Shown here in pieces: positions 52,898 to 62,440 of a DNA stretch of 64,000 bases. Position 1 is the stretch's first letter. Every line of letters begins with the position of its first letter. The position numbers were made by a program, and so were the translations under genes. A model generated the notes under the pieces. It searched no databases. It worked only from the letters and a program-made list of their open reading frames with translations, and was not told where the DNA came from. Location: assembly GCA_965222445.1 (NCBI GenBank), contig CBDCTY010000002.1, forward strand, positions 255,824 through 319,823, read 5' to 3'. The stretch is from Dehalococcoidia bacterium. Lineage in GTDB: Bacteria > Chloroflexota > Dehalococcoidia > Lucifugimonadales > CAJWER01.

Positions 52898-53901
52898 CTA
52901 GTTGGGCCATGGCTCGAAGGTATATCTTCTCTGCGGGGGTAAGCCGGTCAAACCTGACCCGGAAGAAGCTCTCGTCGAGGTCGGCGACGGCCTGGCGGGA
53001 AGCGTCCTCTACATCCACCTCTGTGATGGGAGAGCTCTCGGCCATGTCCCACACATGCTTCCCCCACTCCTGCAGGAAGTATGGATAGCATTGGGTTTGG
53101 GAAACGATGGCGTCGAGTGCGCGGGGCTCTATCCGCACCCCTTCGTCTTTCGCGGGCTTGGCAATCGCAAGCCTGGCGTCTTCAGGTGACAGCGCTCCGA
53201 TCTCAGTGAACTCGAATAGCCTCTCGGCGTAAGATTTGGCTCTCCCCACGCGGCCCCGCACCTGGGGCAGTCCCGCCCCAACCATGGTCACGGGGAGCCG
53301 ACGCTGAGATGTCCGGTGCAATGCCGTGATCAATGCCGCGAGCTCTTCCTCCTTCACATATTGGAACTCGTCGATGAAAAGCGTCAGGCAGCTTTCGTCC
53401 GCCCTAGCGGCATTTCCGACAACCTCGAGCAAGTCCTGCAGGTCGGCTTCCAGGTCGCCGTTGTCGGCTAAGCCGGGTTCAGGTTCGAAGTCCAGTCCGA
53501 CTTCGATGTCCTGAAACTTCACCTTCAGAGCTCCGGCAAAGCCGGCAAGTCCTCGAAGAGCTCGCTGCGCCAGCTGCTTTGCGGCCTCTCTATTCGAGAG
53601 CTTCAGCAAGGCCAGACGTAGCTGGGGCGCCAAAGTCGCGGGTAGGGAGCGGCCTTCAGGCGCTTCGATCCGCAGGGCACAGATGCCGTTCGCCTCGGCG
53701 TCCTCTCGGATACGGTCCAGCAGCACAGTCTTCCCAACGCCCCGCAGACCCACCATCATCACGCCCTTGCTGGGGCGCCCGATCCTGGTCCTCTCCAGTG
53801 CGATCCGCGCGGTCTCGCGAACCTCGTGGCGGCCGGCCAGCTCTGGGGGCTGTGTGCCGGCTCCTGGCGCATATGGGTTGCGAATCGGGTCCATGGGGTC
53901 G

Positions 53902-53929
53902 ATTATAGGGAGTTTATCCCAGTTTACAA
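53902..53929 (-). promoter_or_regulatory. Sigma-70-like promoter for the ATPase gene (possibly leaderless transcript)
   Basis: Reverse strand: TTGTAA, 16 nt, TATAAT, then 7 nt before the ATG at 53894. Confidence 0.35.
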
Positions 53930-54084
53930 GGAAAGCCTAATATGGCTAACTTTGCTATAAATGGTCGGAACGGGCGGTAGAGGTCGGCGATTGGGAGGGA
54001 GTTTACCCCAGTTTACAAGAAAGCCCTAACATGGCTAACTTTGCTATAAATGGTCAGAACGGGCGGTAGCGGTTGGTGATCGGC
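53908..54084. repeat. Tandem ~89-bp duplication including the last codons of nadE
   Basis: Unit 1 (53908-53996) and unit 2 (53997-54084) both read GGGAGTTTA.CCCAGTTTACAAG.AAAGCC.TAA.ATGGCTAACTTTGCTATAAATGGTC.GAACGGGCGGTAG.... Unit 2 holds the true nadE 3' end. Confidence 0.85.
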
Positions 54085-55805
54085 ATACGGCGGTCCCGGC
54101 CGAAGCTGCGGGGCGTGATCTTGATGCCTGGCGGCGCCTGGCGGCGCTTGTACTCGCTGCGGTCGACTAGCATCACCACATGCTCGACGACGCTACGCTC
54201 GAACCCCAGGCCAACAATCTCGTCGAAGCTCAGGTCGTCCTCGACGTAAGCCTTGAGGATGGGGTCCAGCACCTCGTAGGGCGGCAGGCTGTCCTCGTCT
54301 TTCTGGTCCGGGCGCAGCTCCGCGCTGGGCGGCTTCGTCAGGACAGCCTCGGGTATCACGGGCCTGTCCCCGAGCGAGTTCCTGTACTCCGCGAGTTCGT
54401 ACACCAGTGTCTTGGGCACGTCCTTGATGACCGCGTAGCCGCCTGCCATGTCGCCGTATATCGTCGCGTATCCGACGGCCATCTCGCTCTTGTTTCCGGT
54501 CGTGAGGACTATGCCGCCGAACTTGTTGGCGAGGGCCATCACCAGCATCCCTCGGGTGCGCGACTGCAGATTCTCCTCGGCAATGCCGTGCTCACCGCCC
54601 CTGAAACGAGGCTCCAGGGCGTCCAGGTATGCGGAGAACGGCCCCTCTATGGGGATCTCCCACAGCTCCAGGCCCAGGCCCTCAGCAAGGCCCCGTGCGT
54701 CCAGGACCGACCCCTCCGATGAGTACCGGGAAGGCATCGCCACCCCAATGACGTTGTCCGGGCCAAGAGCATCGGCGGCTATCGCGGCCACGACGCTGGA
54801 GTCGATCCCTCCCGACAGCGCTACGTACACCTGCTCGAAACCCGTCTTGTGGACGTAGTCGCGCGTGCCGAGCACCAGGGCCGCGTACACCTCGGCGGCG
54901 CCGTCCAGCTCCGTAGGAGCGTTCGCGGCGCTCAGGGCCCTGCGAGGGCCTGAGGGCGCGTCCGACACGTCGACGTGGACGGCCTTGCCCACGTCATCCA
55001 GGCTTCCCAAGCGCTCGCTCCTCGGCCTCGTGTCGCGGAGCCTCGACCTGAATACCGCCCCGACCTCGAGATCCGCTACGACCAGGTCCTCCTCGAACTG
55101 CCGCCCCCTGGCGACCTCCTCGCCCAGCGGGTCGTGGATGATGGAGCCTCCGTCGAAGACCAGCTCGTCCTGGCCACCTACCATGTTCACGTAGGCGACG
55201 AACAGCCCGTTGTCGACGGCCCTCACCGACAGCATCCGCTCCCGCGTCCCTCGCTTGCCAGCGTAGAAGGGCGATGCGCTGACGTTGACGATCACCTCAG
55301 CCCCGGCGGCCCGCTGCACCACCGTCGGCCCCACCGAAAACCAGATGTCCTCGCATATGTTCACGCCGACGGGCGTACCGGCAACGGAGAAGACCGGACA
55401 CTCGGTACCGGCCTGGAAGTACCGCTCCTCGTCGAAGACCCCGTAGTTCGGCAGGTATATCTTGTGGTACTTGCCCACGACCTCGCCGTCGTACATGACC
55501 GCCGCGGCGTTGTAGACGTAGGAGTTCGCGTCCGCGAACCCGACCACCACGGCAATGTCTCTGGAAGCCGACGCAACCTGCCGCATCTTCCGGATGTTCT
55601 CCTGGATGAACTGCGGCTTGAACAGCAGGTCCTCAGGCGGGTATCCGGGGATGGCGAGCTCTGGGAACGCAACCAGGTCAGCGCCCACGTCGCGGGCGCG
55701 GTCTATGTAGTCGATGATCCTTCTGGTGTTGCCGTCCAGGTCGCCGACCGTGGGGTTGGTCTGTGCCAGGGCGATTCGAAATGTGCGCACGGCGTCTCCG
55801 CCCAT
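54054..55805 (-). CDS. nadE: Glutamine-dependent NAD+ synthetase
   Basis: N-terminal nitrilase/CN-hydrolase domain (FRIALAQTNPTVGDL..N...I, FPELAIPGYPPEDL, NICEDIW) plus C-terminal NAD synthetase (ALSGGIDSSVVAA). Start taken at the ATG at 55805; the longer track ORF is unsupported. Confidence 0.85.
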   Translation of the reverse strand: MGGDAVRTFRIALAQTNPTVGDLDGNTRRIIDYIDRARDVGADLVAFPELAIPGYPPEDLLFKPQFIQENIRKMRQVASASRDIAVVVGFADANSYVYNAAAVMYDGEVVGKYHKIYLPNYGVFDEERYFQAGTECPVFSVAGTPVGVNICEDIWFSVGPTVVQRAAGAEVIVNVSASPFYAGKRGTRERMLSVRAVDNGLFVAYVNMVGGQDELVFDGGSIIHDPLGEEVARGRQFEEDLVVADLEVGAVFRSRLRDTRPRSERLGSLDDVGKAVHVDVSDAPSGPRRALSAANAPTELDGAAEVYAALVLGTRDYVHKTGFEQVYVALSGGIDSSVVAAIAADALGPDNVIGVAMPSRYSSEGSVLDARGLAEGLGLELWEIPIEGPFSAYLDALEPRFRGGEHGIAEENLQSRTRGMLVMALANKFGGIVLTTGNKSEMAVGYATIYGDMAGGYAVIKDVPKTLVYELAEYRNSLGDRPVIPEAVLTKPPSAELRPDQKDEDSLPPYEVLDPILKAYVEDDLSFDEIVGLGFERSVVEHVVMLVDRSEYKRRQAPPGIKITPRSFGRDRRMPITNRYRPF

Positions 55806-55883
55806 AGCTGGGGATGCGGGCGCCCGGAGTATAGCATAGGGCCGTACAATGGCCGAACTGGACGCAGGCATAGGAGGAGAAGC

Positions 55884-56786
55884 ATGAGCCGTTCGAACGC
55901 CGTGGTTGAACGCACCAGGGGCCCGGTGGCGCCCCTGAACATCTGCTTCGACGACGACGCGTCTGTGGACTTCGGAGCCGTGCGGAGCTACGTCGACTGG
56001 CTGTGCGAGAACGGCGCGCCGATCTTGCTGCTCACCTACGGCAGCAGCGAGTACGCCTACCTGTCGGATGACGAAGTGTGGCGGCTCACTGCCGAGATCG
56101 CGGACGTCAACGGGGGGCGCGCGCTCTTCGTCGCCGCGACAGGCTGGTGGAAGACCACGACGTGCCGTGACTACCTCAGGCATGCCGACGCGGTGGGAGC
56201 GGACGCGGTGAAGATACAGCTGCATCCGAGCTTCCCGACAGACCGGGATGCGTACCTCCGATTCTTCGATCTCATCGAGCCAGCGTCGGACATCCCGCTC
56301 TGGCTCCTAGATCCCCCTCTCGCCACCGGCATCGAGCTGGCCGCGCGGGACAACGTGGTCGGCGCCAAGGTGCACGACACGTCCGACTACCACACCATGA
56401 CGCGCGAGACCCGCAACCTGAACTTTGCGACGGTCTGCGCCGGGCAGATGCGAAGCATGGTGTTCGGCTACATGCTCGGGTCGCCTGCCTACCTGTGCAC
56501 CGTCGCGCCGTTCGCCCTCCGAATCGCGTTCGACTTCTTCGACGAGCTGGAGGCACGGCAGTACGACGACGCAATGGCGATGGCCTTTCGTTACGAAGAC
56601 CCCTGGTTGAAGGCGGCCCTGGAGGTCGGATGGATACACGCGATCAAGGAGGCCGTCCGACAGCGCGGCCTGTACCCTAACAGCAATCCATGCCCGCCCC
56701 AGCCGGGTACGACGCGGGAGCAGAGCGCGAAGGTCGCCGAGGCCATGGAGGCCGTGTTCGGGCTGCTTCCGGTTTCGCCGTTCTGA
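55884..56786 (+). CDS. Dihydrodipicolinate synthase/N-acetylneuraminate lyase family aldolase-like protein
   Basis: 300 aa from the ATG at 55884, after an AGGAGG RBS. Weak DapA-family resemblance (PLNICFDDDASVDFGAVRSYVDWL...GA..ILLL...SE...LS..E). Function uncertain. Confidence 0.5.
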   Translation: MSRSNAVVERTRGPVAPLNICFDDDASVDFGAVRSYVDWLCENGAPILLLTYGSSEYAYLSDDEVWRLTAEIADVNGGRALFVAATGWWKTTTCRDYLRHADAVGADAVKIQLHPSFPTDRDAYLRFFDLIEPASDIPLWLLDPPLATGIELAARDNVVGAKVHDTSDYHTMTRETRNLNFATVCAGQMRSMVFGYMLGSPAYLCTVAPFALRIAFDFFDELEARQYDDAMAMAFRYEDPWLKAALEVGWIHAIKEAVRQRGLYPNSNPCPPQPGTTREQSAKVAEAMEAVFGLLPVSPF

Positions 56787-57020
56787 GCATGCTGAGCTGG
56801 CGCCCGGGGCTGTTCAGTTCGATTTCGGGCTATGTCGATTGAGGGTGGTTCTACGGAGAGGCTGGACGGAGACAGCGCTGGTATCCTGCGGCTAGCACTC
56901 GAATCCTGAAGGCGTCAACAAGTTGATCTGTCCCAAGTCCGCTTCCTCTCCCGTAGCACCGCCCTGAGCATTTCGCGAGGACTCCCGGGCCCTCTATTCT
57001 GTCGGCGTGTGCCAGCCATT

Positions 57021-57029
57021 TGGTATAAT
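57021..57029 (+). promoter_or_regulatory. Extended -10 promoter element (TGGTATAAT) upstream of proB
   Basis: CCATTTGGTATAATCGC lies 34 nt before the proB ATG and resembles the right terminus of MITE-A (..AAATGGTATAA). Confidence 0.35.
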
Positions 57030-57062
57030 CGCAAGTGCCCCGGCCGCTGCCCCGTGACTCCC

Positions 57063-58235
57063 ATGTCATCCTCCAACAACAATACGCCCTCCGCATCGCC
57101 CGGCCTCGACGACAAGGCCGTCTACCGCAGGGTGGTCGTGAAGGCTGGCACGACCCTGCTCACGAAGGGCGGAGACCGTCTGAACCTGCAGGTGATGGCG
57201 ACGCTGGTCGAGCAGATCGCCGAGCTTCGTCAGGATGGGGTCGAGATCATCCTCGTTACGTCGGGGGCAGTGGCCGCCGGCCGTCACGTCCTGGGAGTGC
57301 CCCGCGAAGGCCGGGGCGTCCCTTTCAGGCAGGTCCTGGCGGCGGCGGGACAGGGCAGGCTCATGCACGCCTACGAGCAGCTATTCGAGTGGAATCAGAC
57401 TCCCGTGGCGCAGGCACTGCTCTCTCGCAAGGACCTGACCGAGAGGCAGGGCTACCTGAACATTCGCAATACACTCACGAAGCTGATCGACCTGGGCGTG
57501 GTTCCGATAGTGAACGAGAACGACGTAGTGGCGGTCGACGAGCTGGCGGGGGAGTTCTTCGGGGACAACGACAACCTCTCGGCCATGGTCGCAAACCTCG
57601 TGGACGCCGATCTGCTGGTCATCCTGGGGCAGACGGAGGGGCTGTTCACCGCCGACCCCCACCTGGACCCGGACGCCAGGCTCATTCCACTGGTGGAGCG
57701 CGTGGACGAGAGCATCGAAGCTGCGGCCAGCGGCTCCTGGCAGGGACAGGGCCAGGGGGGCATGACGACCAAGCTGGAAGCGGCCAAGCTGGCCACGGCT
57801 TCGGGAGTTCACATGGCGATTGCGAGCGGCTTGGCGCCGGACGCAATCCGCAGATTGATTAGAGGCGAGCATATCGGCACGTTCTTCCCTGCCACGGCTT
57901 CGAAGATGGAGAGCCGCAAGCGCTGGATGCTGAGCGGACTATCGACGAAGGGCCGGATAGTCGTTGACGACGGGGCCGCGAAGGTGCTCAGGAGCAGGAA
58001 CGTCAGCCTGCTTCCCGCGGGCGTCACGAGAGTGGACGGCTCCTTCGTCCGTGGCGACATCGTTGCGGTCCTCGACGTGGAGATGAACGAGATCGCCGCC
58101 GGGATCACCAACTACGGCTCGGCGGACGTGGAAAAGATCAAGGGCCGCCAGTCGGGCGAAGTGGAAGGACTGCTGGGCCACGAGTACGGCGACGAGGTCG
58201 TGCACCGCAGCAACATGGTGCGCATGGAGCGGTGA
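57063..58235 (+). CDS. proB: Glutamate 5-kinase with PUA domain
   Basis: RVVVKAGTTLLT, ILVTSGAVAAG, PIVNENDVVA, and a C-terminal PUA-like domain (GRIVVDDGAAKVL..RNVSLLPAGV). Confidence 0.88.
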   Translation: MSSSNNNTPSASPGLDDKAVYRRVVVKAGTTLLTKGGDRLNLQVMATLVEQIAELRQDGVEIILVTSGAVAAGRHVLGVPREGRGVPFRQVLAAAGQGRLMHAYEQLFEWNQTPVAQALLSRKDLTERQGYLNIRNTLTKLIDLGVVPIVNENDVVAVDELAGEFFGDNDNLSAMVANLVDADLLVILGQTEGLFTADPHLDPDARLIPLVERVDESIEAAASGSWQGQGQGGMTTKLEAAKLATASGVHMAIASGLAPDAIRRLIRGEHIGTFFPATASKMESRKRWMLSGLSTKGRIVVDDGAAKVLRSRNVSLLPAGVTRVDGSFVRGDIVAVLDVEMNEIAAGITNYGSADVEKIKGRQSGEVEGLLGHEYGDEVVHRSNMVRMER

Positions 58236-58243
58236 CCTACACA

Positions 58244-58380
58244 CGGGGCCTTTCCAAAGTTGGCTCCCTGCGGAAGGGACATACCCTACCGCCCACCTGG
58301 ATTCCCGCCCCCGACTTCTCGGGGGCAGGCTCTGCGCGGGAATGACGGTATGTGGTTTATGGGACAATGGAAAGGCCCTG
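58244..58380 (+). mobile_element. Family-C TIR element (137 bp) with beta-type core, inserted in the proB-proA spacer
   Basis: Termini CGGGGCCTTTCCAAAG and CAATGGAAAGGCCCTG. Direct repeat GACCTACACA (extendable to 15 bp GACCTACACACGGGG) at 58234-58243 and 58381-58390. Core at 58298-58348. Confidence 0.75.
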
Positions 58381-58406
58381 GACCTACACACGGGGAGCGT
58401 GAACAG

Positions 58407-59681
58407 ATGCAAGCAGTATCCGTCGACCTCCGGGCTATGGGCAAGAGGGCGCGCACGGCGGCCCATAAACTCACAACCCTCTCCACCGAAGCGAAGAATG
58501 AGGCGCTGACCAACATCGCAGCCGGCCTTGCGTCGAGGCAGGACGAGATCCTCTCGGCCAACGAGTCGGACTGCGAGAGGGCCGGCCGCGATGGAATGAG
58601 CGCCGCTTCCCTCGACCGCCTCGTGCTCGACCCCGGGCGGCTGGAGGGCATGGCGAGGGACGTCATGTCCGTCGCCGCTCTTCCCGACCCCGTGGGCGAG
58701 ATCTTGGAGTCCAGGGAGCTGCCGAACGGCCTCCAGGTCAGCAGGCGCAGGGTCCCCCTTGGCGTGATCGGCGCAATCTACGAGAGCCGGCCCAACGTCA
58801 CGGTCGACATAGCCGCGCTCTGCTTCAAGTCGGGGAACGCGGTGATCCTGAAGGGCGGCAGCGAGGCGCTGGCCTCGAACTCCGTGCTGGCCTCGGTCGT
58901 CAGAGACGGTATCGAGGCATCGGGAGCGCCCGCCGACGCCGTCCAGTTCGTCGACTCGACGGACCGCGCCCTGGTGGGCGAGATGCTCGCCATGAAGGAG
59001 TACATCGACCTCGTGGTGCCGCGCGGGGGCGCGGAGCTCGTGCGCCGCGTCGCATCCGAGGCGGCCATGCCGGCCATCACCGGCGGCATCGGGGTGTGCC
59101 ATACATACGTGGACAGGGATGCGGACATCGACATGGCAATCTCCATCGTCCACAACGCAAAGGTGCAACGGCCCTACGTCTGCAACGCGCTGGACACGGT
59201 GCTGGTCCACTCCATGGCGGCCCCGAAGTTCCTGCCGCGCATCGCCCAGTCGTGGGCCGACGACGGCGTGGAGATGCGCTGCGACCGCCGCGCCCTGAGC
59301 ATCCTCGGCCAGGCCGACGAGCGAAATACCCGCCTCGCAGCCGAGGACGACTGGGGCACGGAATTCCTCGCCCTCACCGCCGCCATCAAGGTCGTCGACT
59401 CTATGGACGAGGCCCTGGCCCATATCGAGACATACACGTCGGGACACACCGAGGCCATCGTCACCGACGACCGGGAGTCGGCCACACGGTTCGTCGACGA
59501 GGTGGATGCCGGGGTCGTGATGGTCAACGCCAGCACACGGTTCAACGACGGCTCCCAGCTCGGGCTCGGCGCGGAGGTCGGGATCAGCACCGACAAGCTG
59601 CACGCCCGCGGCCCCATAGGCCTCACCGAGCTGACCTCATACAAGTGGACGGTATTCGGAACGGGACAGGTACGTACCTAG
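58407..59681 (+). CDS. proA: Gamma-glutamyl phosphate reductase
   Basis: LGVIGAIYESRPNVT.D, ILKGGSEA, CNA.DT.LVH. Start taken at the ATG at 58407, downstream of the repeat. Confidence 0.88.
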   Translation: MQAVSVDLRAMGKRARTAAHKLTTLSTEAKNEALTNIAAGLASRQDEILSANESDCERAGRDGMSAASLDRLVLDPGRLEGMARDVMSVAALPDPVGEILESRELPNGLQVSRRRVPLGVIGAIYESRPNVTVDIAALCFKSGNAVILKGGSEALASNSVLASVVRDGIEASGAPADAVQFVDSTDRALVGEMLAMKEYIDLVVPRGGAELVRRVASEAAMPAITGGIGVCHTYVDRDADIDMAISIVHNAKVQRPYVCNALDTVLVHSMAAPKFLPRIAQSWADDGVEMRCDRRALSILGQADERNTRLAAEDDWGTEFLALTAAIKVVDSMDEALAHIETYTSGHTEAIVTDDRESATRFVDEVDAGVVMVNASTRFNDGSQLGLGAEVGISTDKLHARGPIGLTELTSYKWTVFGTGQVRT

Positions 59682-59753
59682 AGTCGACCGGCAGCCCCTA
59701 CCGATAACGGAGTGTTGGGACGGGGCGGACCACATGCAATCAGAGGCACCCTA

Positions 59754-60068
59754 ATGGCAAGATTCTTCTTCGAACGAGAGTGCAGGACCCCGTATTCAGA
59801 GTGTTACACGGTCCTGGACGACGACGATCCAATAGGCCGCGTGGACATACACTTCGCCGAGGTGATGATCCACTCCACGGTGAGCATCGGCGAGAGCCTC
59901 ACGAACGACGACATCCAGGACCTGATCGACGCAATCGACCGTGAGCTGCTGGACGCTATGGGCATCGTAAAGCAGGAGCTCGTGATCCACGTGCACCAGG
60001 GGCGCGACCTGGGCGTCTTCACCACGCGGGGCTTCGAGGGCAACGGCGGCCACGAGCGCCTGAACTAA
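59754..60068 (+). CDS. Hypothetical protein (104 aa)
   Basis: MARFFFERECRTPYSECYTVLDDDDPIGRVDIHFAE.... Its TAA stop (60066-60068) doubles as the left target duplication of the following MITE. Confidence 0.45.
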   Translation: MARFFFERECRTPYSECYTVLDDDDPIGRVDIHFAEVMIHSTVSIGESLTNDDIQDLIDAIDRELLDAMGIVKQELVIHVHQGRDLGVFTTRGFEGNGGHERLN

Positions 60069-60191
60069 TACCAGTTCGCTGTGATGCCGCCGTATATGTG
60101 CGGCCAGGGAGTGGGTTCCCGCCCCCGACTGCTCGGGGGCAGGCTCTTCGCGGGAATGACGGCTTTACGGCGCGCTCAAAACGAAAAGGTA
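60069..60191 (+). mobile_element. MITE-A, long form (123 bp), beta hairpin
   Basis: TACCAGTTCGCTGTGATGCC...CCCCCGACTGCTCGGGGG...GAAAAGGTA. TAA on both sides; shares TAA 60192-60194 with the next copy. Confidence 0.9.
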
Positions 60192-60194
60192 TAA

Positions 60195-60317
60195 TACCAA
60201 GTCACCGTGATGCCGCCGTATATGTGTGGCCAAGGAGTGGGTTCCCGCCCCCGACTGCTCGGGGGCAGGCTCTTCGCGGGAATGACGGCTTTACGGCGCG
60301 CTCAAAACGAAATGGTA
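60195..60317 (+). mobile_element. MITE-A, long form (123 bp), beta hairpin
   Basis: Head-to-tail with the previous copy. Flanked by TAA (60192-60194) and TAA (60318-60320). Confidence 0.9.
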
Positions 60318-60347
60318 TAACTCCCCGCTTGGGCTGAGCGCCGGGCA

Positions 60348-62357
60348 TCAGGACGCGTGGACGAAGAGCCCCACCCTGCGCCACAGGTCCACTCCCTGCA
60401 GCCGCAGAGTGACGACCTCGCCGGAGGCGACAGATCTCGGCAGCTCCGCCCGGACGCGGAAGGGGAACTCCACCAGCTCCAGGAGCGCGGTGCGGCGGCC
60501 TCCGCTGTCCAGCACGACCGCCTCGAACAGGTCCGGGCCGCCTGGAGGCATCCGCGCGCCCTCGAGATACTTCAGGAACCAGTACCTCTTCCGCCCCTCC
60601 TCGATCCTCGACAGCTCCCTCATCTGCACCTCGGCCCGCTGTGCGACCGATTCCACCTCGTCCGGCGCGTACAGGGGTTTGCCATCGGCCAGGAAACCGC
60701 CAATCTGCCGCTGTACGATCAGGTCGGGGTAGCGCCTCAGAGGGGACGTCGCCTGGAGATACGCGCTCACGCCGAGCCCATCGTGCGCCATCGGCTCCGT
60801 GGATACTCGCGCCGCCTGCATCCGTCGGGCGACGCTGTAGCGCGTCATAAGCGGCGTGGCCCGCTCGTCGAGCCCAGACAGGCCCGGCATGTCCGAAAGG
60901 TCCGGGCGCCGCTGGGACCGGTACACGGCGGGCAGCCCGTTCTCGGAGCAGAACCGGGCAAGGAGCGAGTTGCACAGTATCATCAGCTCGGCCACTATCT
61001 GATTGCCGGGCGACGAGCGGTCCCGCAGGCTGACCTCGACCTCCCCCGACGCCCGGACCTTGACGCTCATCTCATGCTGGTCTATGTTGACGGCCCCCTG
61101 CTTCTCGCGCTTGAGTCGAAGGGCGTTGGCTAGGCGGCACAGCCCCTCGATCATCGGGCGCCGGCGCCCCCCTGTCTGCACCACCGCATCGACCTCCTCG
61201 TATGAGAGGGCCGCGGCGCTCCTGATCGTCGACGGCACCACATGCCAGCTAGACACGTCTCCTTCTCCGGTCAACTCCGCAACCAAGCTGACCGCCAGCC
61301 GCTCCTCGCCCGGGTCCAGGCTTCCCGCGCCCCTCGTAAGGGCATCGGGAAGCATCGGTATGGTGCGCTCCGGGAGGTAGAGGCTCGCCATGCGCCGGTC
61401 CGCCTCCCGGTCCATCGGCCCCGCTCGAGGCGCAAGCGCCCCCGCGTCCGCGATGTGCACTCCGAGCCGGTAGCCGGACTCCAGGACCTCCAGGGAGAGG
61501 GCGTCGTCCCTGTCGGTCGTCTCCTCGTCGTCGATCGTGACCGCGTCGAGGTGGGTGAGGTCCTCCCTGTCCGACCCGCTCGGCGCGAAGGCCGCGGCTA
61601 TTGCCTGTCCCTCCTCCAGCGCCTCGGACGGGAAGTCCGAACGAATCCCCGCCCTTCGGAGCTCCAGGGACTCGTCCGGGCCGAATACGCCGGAGCTCAC
61701 CAGCATCTCGAAGCAGGCACGCTGGAGGTCGCGAGTCGCCGGCGACGACGCCTCCACCAGCTCTCTGGCCACCCTGCGGCGGGGAAGGTCCTCGCCGTGG
61801 ACGGCGTAGCCGACCAGCACATCGACCAGGGACTCCTGGTGGGGGCTCATAGCCTCGGGGAGCCGGCCTGCGGACATGGCATCGACCAGCCCCCGCGCGT
61901 CCCGCGCGTTCTCGGCCTCGCGCCGCCGCCTCTCCAGCAGGTTCTCATGGTCTTCCCGCGTTCGCGGCCTGTACTTCCCCGTGCCGCTCAAGAAGAGGTC
62001 GGTCGCTCGTTCTAGGCAGAGGAGCAGCGCCGTGAGTTCCAGGGCCCCCGGACTCGCTGGCCAGTAGAGCTCGGCCAGATCCTCCAGCGAGGACTCCTCC
62101 TGCTCGTCGGTAAGGACGTCCCACACCTCTGAGAGGTCGATCTCACTGGATGCGTCCCTGGCGTTGTCGCAAAACTCCTCGAAGCGCTCCGCCTCATCCG
62201 CCAGAACGCCGGTAGTGAGCATGACCCGCTCGGAAGGAATTCGGGCAACCTTATTCCTACCGAGGAGAACGGAAACTCGCCCGTTCCGCTCTTCACGGAA
62301 ACGGACGATTGTCACCCCACCACTCAGGCGGGCAACTAGGATTTCGCCCGGAAGCAT
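60348..62357 (-). CDS. rnr: RNB-domain 3'-5' exoribonuclease (RNase R/RNase II family)
   Basis: 669 aa with the RNB catalytic block (AVTIDDEETTDRDDALSLE), later RNB motifs and a C-terminal S1-like region. Confidence 0.8.
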   Translation of the reverse strand: MLPGEILVARLSGGVTIVRFREERNGRVSVLLGRNKVARIPSERVMLTTGVLADEAERFEEFCDNARDASSEIDLSEVWDVLTDEQEESSLEDLAELYWPASPGALELTALLLCLERATDLFLSGTGKYRPRTREDHENLLERRRREAENARDARGLVDAMSAGRLPEAMSPHQESLVDVLVGYAVHGEDLPRRRVARELVEASSPATRDLQRACFEMLVSSGVFGPDESLELRRAGIRSDFPSEALEEGQAIAAAFAPSGSDREDLTHLDAVTIDDEETTDRDDALSLEVLESGYRLGVHIADAGALAPRAGPMDREADRRMASLYLPERTIPMLPDALTRGAGSLDPGEERLAVSLVAELTGEGDVSSWHVVPSTIRSAAALSYEEVDAVVQTGGRRRPMIEGLCRLANALRLKREKQGAVNIDQHEMSVKVRASGEVEVSLRDRSSPGNQIVAELMILCNSLLARFCSENGLPAVYRSQRRPDLSDMPGLSGLDERATPLMTRYSVARRMQAARVSTEPMAHDGLGVSAYLQATSPLRRYPDLIVQRQIGGFLADGKPLYAPDEVESVAQRAEVQMRELSRIEEGRKRYWFLKYLEGARMPPGGPDLFEAVVLDSGGRRTALLELVEFPFRVRAELPRSVASGEVVTLRLQGVDLWRRVGLFVHAS

Positions 62358-62440
62358 AGTCCCTCGATTCTAGCATCCTGCCCGAAGTGGGGAGAGATCA
62401 GGCGGGGGGCTCTTACCTCTTCCCCGAGGGGGAAGACTGA

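Larger units (their letters stand above)
51890..53894 (-). pseudogene. AAA ATPase with C-terminal winged-helix (ORC/Cdc6-like prokaryotic ATPase) split by an IS5-family insertion
   Basis: The 5' part (53894-52898) has Walker A (MVGLRGVGKTVLL) and Walker B (LFIDEFQ). After removing 52085-52897 plus one CTAG, the frame continues ...AMAQLGAGPHRSGDIAGVLGRRVTSLAPTRSQLIEKGMIWSPSHGDTSFTVPMFDGFMRRIMP..* to the stop at 51890-51892. Confidence 0.8.
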
